From the NCBI GenBank assembly GCA_000708835.1, contig DF237092.1, forward strand, positions 23,365 to 87,364: a stretch of DNA of 64,000 bases, read 5' to 3'. The first letter of the stretch is position 1. Every line of letters starts with the position of its first letter. Positions 62,501 to 64,000 of the stretch are shown piece by piece. The notes below the pieces were generated by a model. The model saw only the letters and a list, made by a program, of their open reading frames with translations, made no database searches and had not been told where the DNA came from. The stretch comes from Klebsormidium nitens. Lineage: Eukaryota > Plantae > Klebsormidiophyceae. The translations under genes and the position numbers were made by a program.

Positions 62501-64000
62501 GTGGCCGTGATGGAAACTAGAGCGGTGCTGTTTCCGGGCCGCCAGCAATGAATGCCGCTCCTGATGTCAAGCTTGTTGAGGCTGCTGAAAGGTGGAGAGC
62601 GTGCGCTGAGGTCTTTTATATGTCCTGCTTCGAACACTTGCAGAGATAGATATGCAGACACGGATTTGGTTGAGTCTCTCCTCCGGCGTTCTCTAATTGA
62701 ATCGGTTGAGGCTTGTCGCTTGATCGACTATGTTGGTGCTACCTTGAGTTGATCACGCTCTTAGATTTGCGACTATTGCCTGGCTTCCTCGATAGGAGAC
62801 TCTTTAAGTAGGTATCTTCAGTTTAGGAGTCAAGTGTCTGGCTGGAGCGCCGGTCGGCCGTGATGGATCATGCTGATGCTCTGTTTCAGTGTGAGAGAAG
62901 TCCTCTGCAGAAGCCGGAGTAGGTACTTTTGAGTCCACTCATGCCTTACGGTTCAAAGCACGCCTGCTTTCCAGCGGGTATTGAAGGTTTGAAATCCTAA
63001 AGGCAGTTTGAATACATACATTTGGTTGACATCAACCGGGATGTTGCGTCCTCTCCGCCTCAAACTGATGGGTTGTCTCCTCGGTCCACGCAACGGATGA
63101 TTTCGATGCACCCCCGTTCGGACTGAAGTTCCTGAAGCGATTGCGGGTTTGAGATCTATTTTATTGTTGTGCTTAAGGTCTAAGTCAATCTCCTGTTTCT
63201 GGTTTTTACATAAAACGCAAACGTAGCAACGAAGTACATCCTGAAAAAAAGCCTGGCTAGAATGGCTTTGTTAACGAGGTCACGCACTCATAGATGTACC
63301 TTGGGTCCCAGAAGCCAGGAGCCCAAGAGTGGTTCGTTTTCACTTTGCTTTGCTCTTTCCATGTTAGCTTCCTCTTGTCGCCAAGACCTTTTAAGTATAT
63401 TGCGTGCAGAAGGACATACCATGTCGCTTCCTGGACGTCCTCTTGTCTTCGTTTTCCAGCTTGCTTCCTCTGCTTGTTATATCTCATGCCACTCTTGAAA
63501 CGAGAGGATCGTGTTCCAGCAGAGACACTTCTGGCACCTCCGTTTGCCAGTGGACAAGCGCGTCAACAGCAGAAAGGCATCGATTTAATAAGTGTTCATG
63601 GGTGTGTTATTTCCGATAACATAGCTACCTGACACGCTTGGAAAACCCTGGCTATGACGTTAAGAGAACTGTGGCATCGCTTCAAGACTCATCGAAAACC
63701 AGATCAGAAGCCGGATTTCTGCATCTACCAACCTCCGATTGAAATGTCGATCGATTGCAAGACGGCTCTCTGGTTGCTGAGTTACTTTCTACCGTTGTTT
63801 TTCGAAGCCGTCCGTTTGGATGACTGTGTTCGTTCTCCATCCCTAGTTGCTAAAAACACCGGCGTTGCCCGGACTCTTGCTCTTTTCTGGTCACCCCGCC
63901 CTAATATTTTCGCTGCGGTTGCTTTCGTGTGAGTCACTGTTGGCAAGACTCGATGCTGAAAGTGTCCTGAAAGTCTTCCACTCCTTCCTACTCCGTCATC

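Noticed and set aside
62940-63270. Copia-like peptide hints (RFKARL at ~62947, LKKSL at ~63242)
   Set aside because: Isolated 5-6 aa matches with stops immediately after; no YVDD, integrase or LTR evidence.
59547-64000. Further exons of the beta-propeller gene or another gene
   Set aside because: No frame with the expected downstream motifs or convincing splice pairs; treated as a long intron or decayed repeat.
1-64000. tRNA, rRNA or other structured ncRNA genes
   Set aside because: No cloverleaf or rRNA signature recognised; a tRNAscan or Infernal run would be needed to exclude them.

Overview
Eukaryotic, intron-rich, GC-rich DNA. The gene set and splice style suggest a streptophyte alga, most likely Klebsormidium-like; this is inference, not a database match. 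Gene models were built by hand from GT/GC-AG sites and reading-frame continuity, and family names come from recalled motifs. Genes found: (1) a partial secreted CBM14/peritrophin-A protein, (2) a 13-exon BRUTUS-type hemerythrin/CHY/RING E3 ligase, (3) a 4-exon P-loop sulfotransferase-family protein, (4) an 8-exon GEX1 karyogamy protein, (5) a 7-exon double-AP2 transcription factor with one apparent homopolymer frame break, (6) an intronless 390-aa orphan ORF, (7) a CCDC15-like centriolar protein, (8) an intronless bacterial-type SRPBCC protein, (9) a plastid DUF1995/LPA3-like protein and (10) the 5' part of a plant-conserved beta-propeller protein. Several MITEs are also present. Two signals are not explained by these features. 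First, many introns in five genes carry degenerate tandem copies ('echoes') of their own exon-intron junctions, up to 6 in a row, with acceptor copies upstream and donor copies downstream of the live exon. Second, the orphan ORF and its 3' flank have a decayed, 5'-truncated, inverted copy about 18 kb away, which suggests an unrecognised mobile or viral element family.
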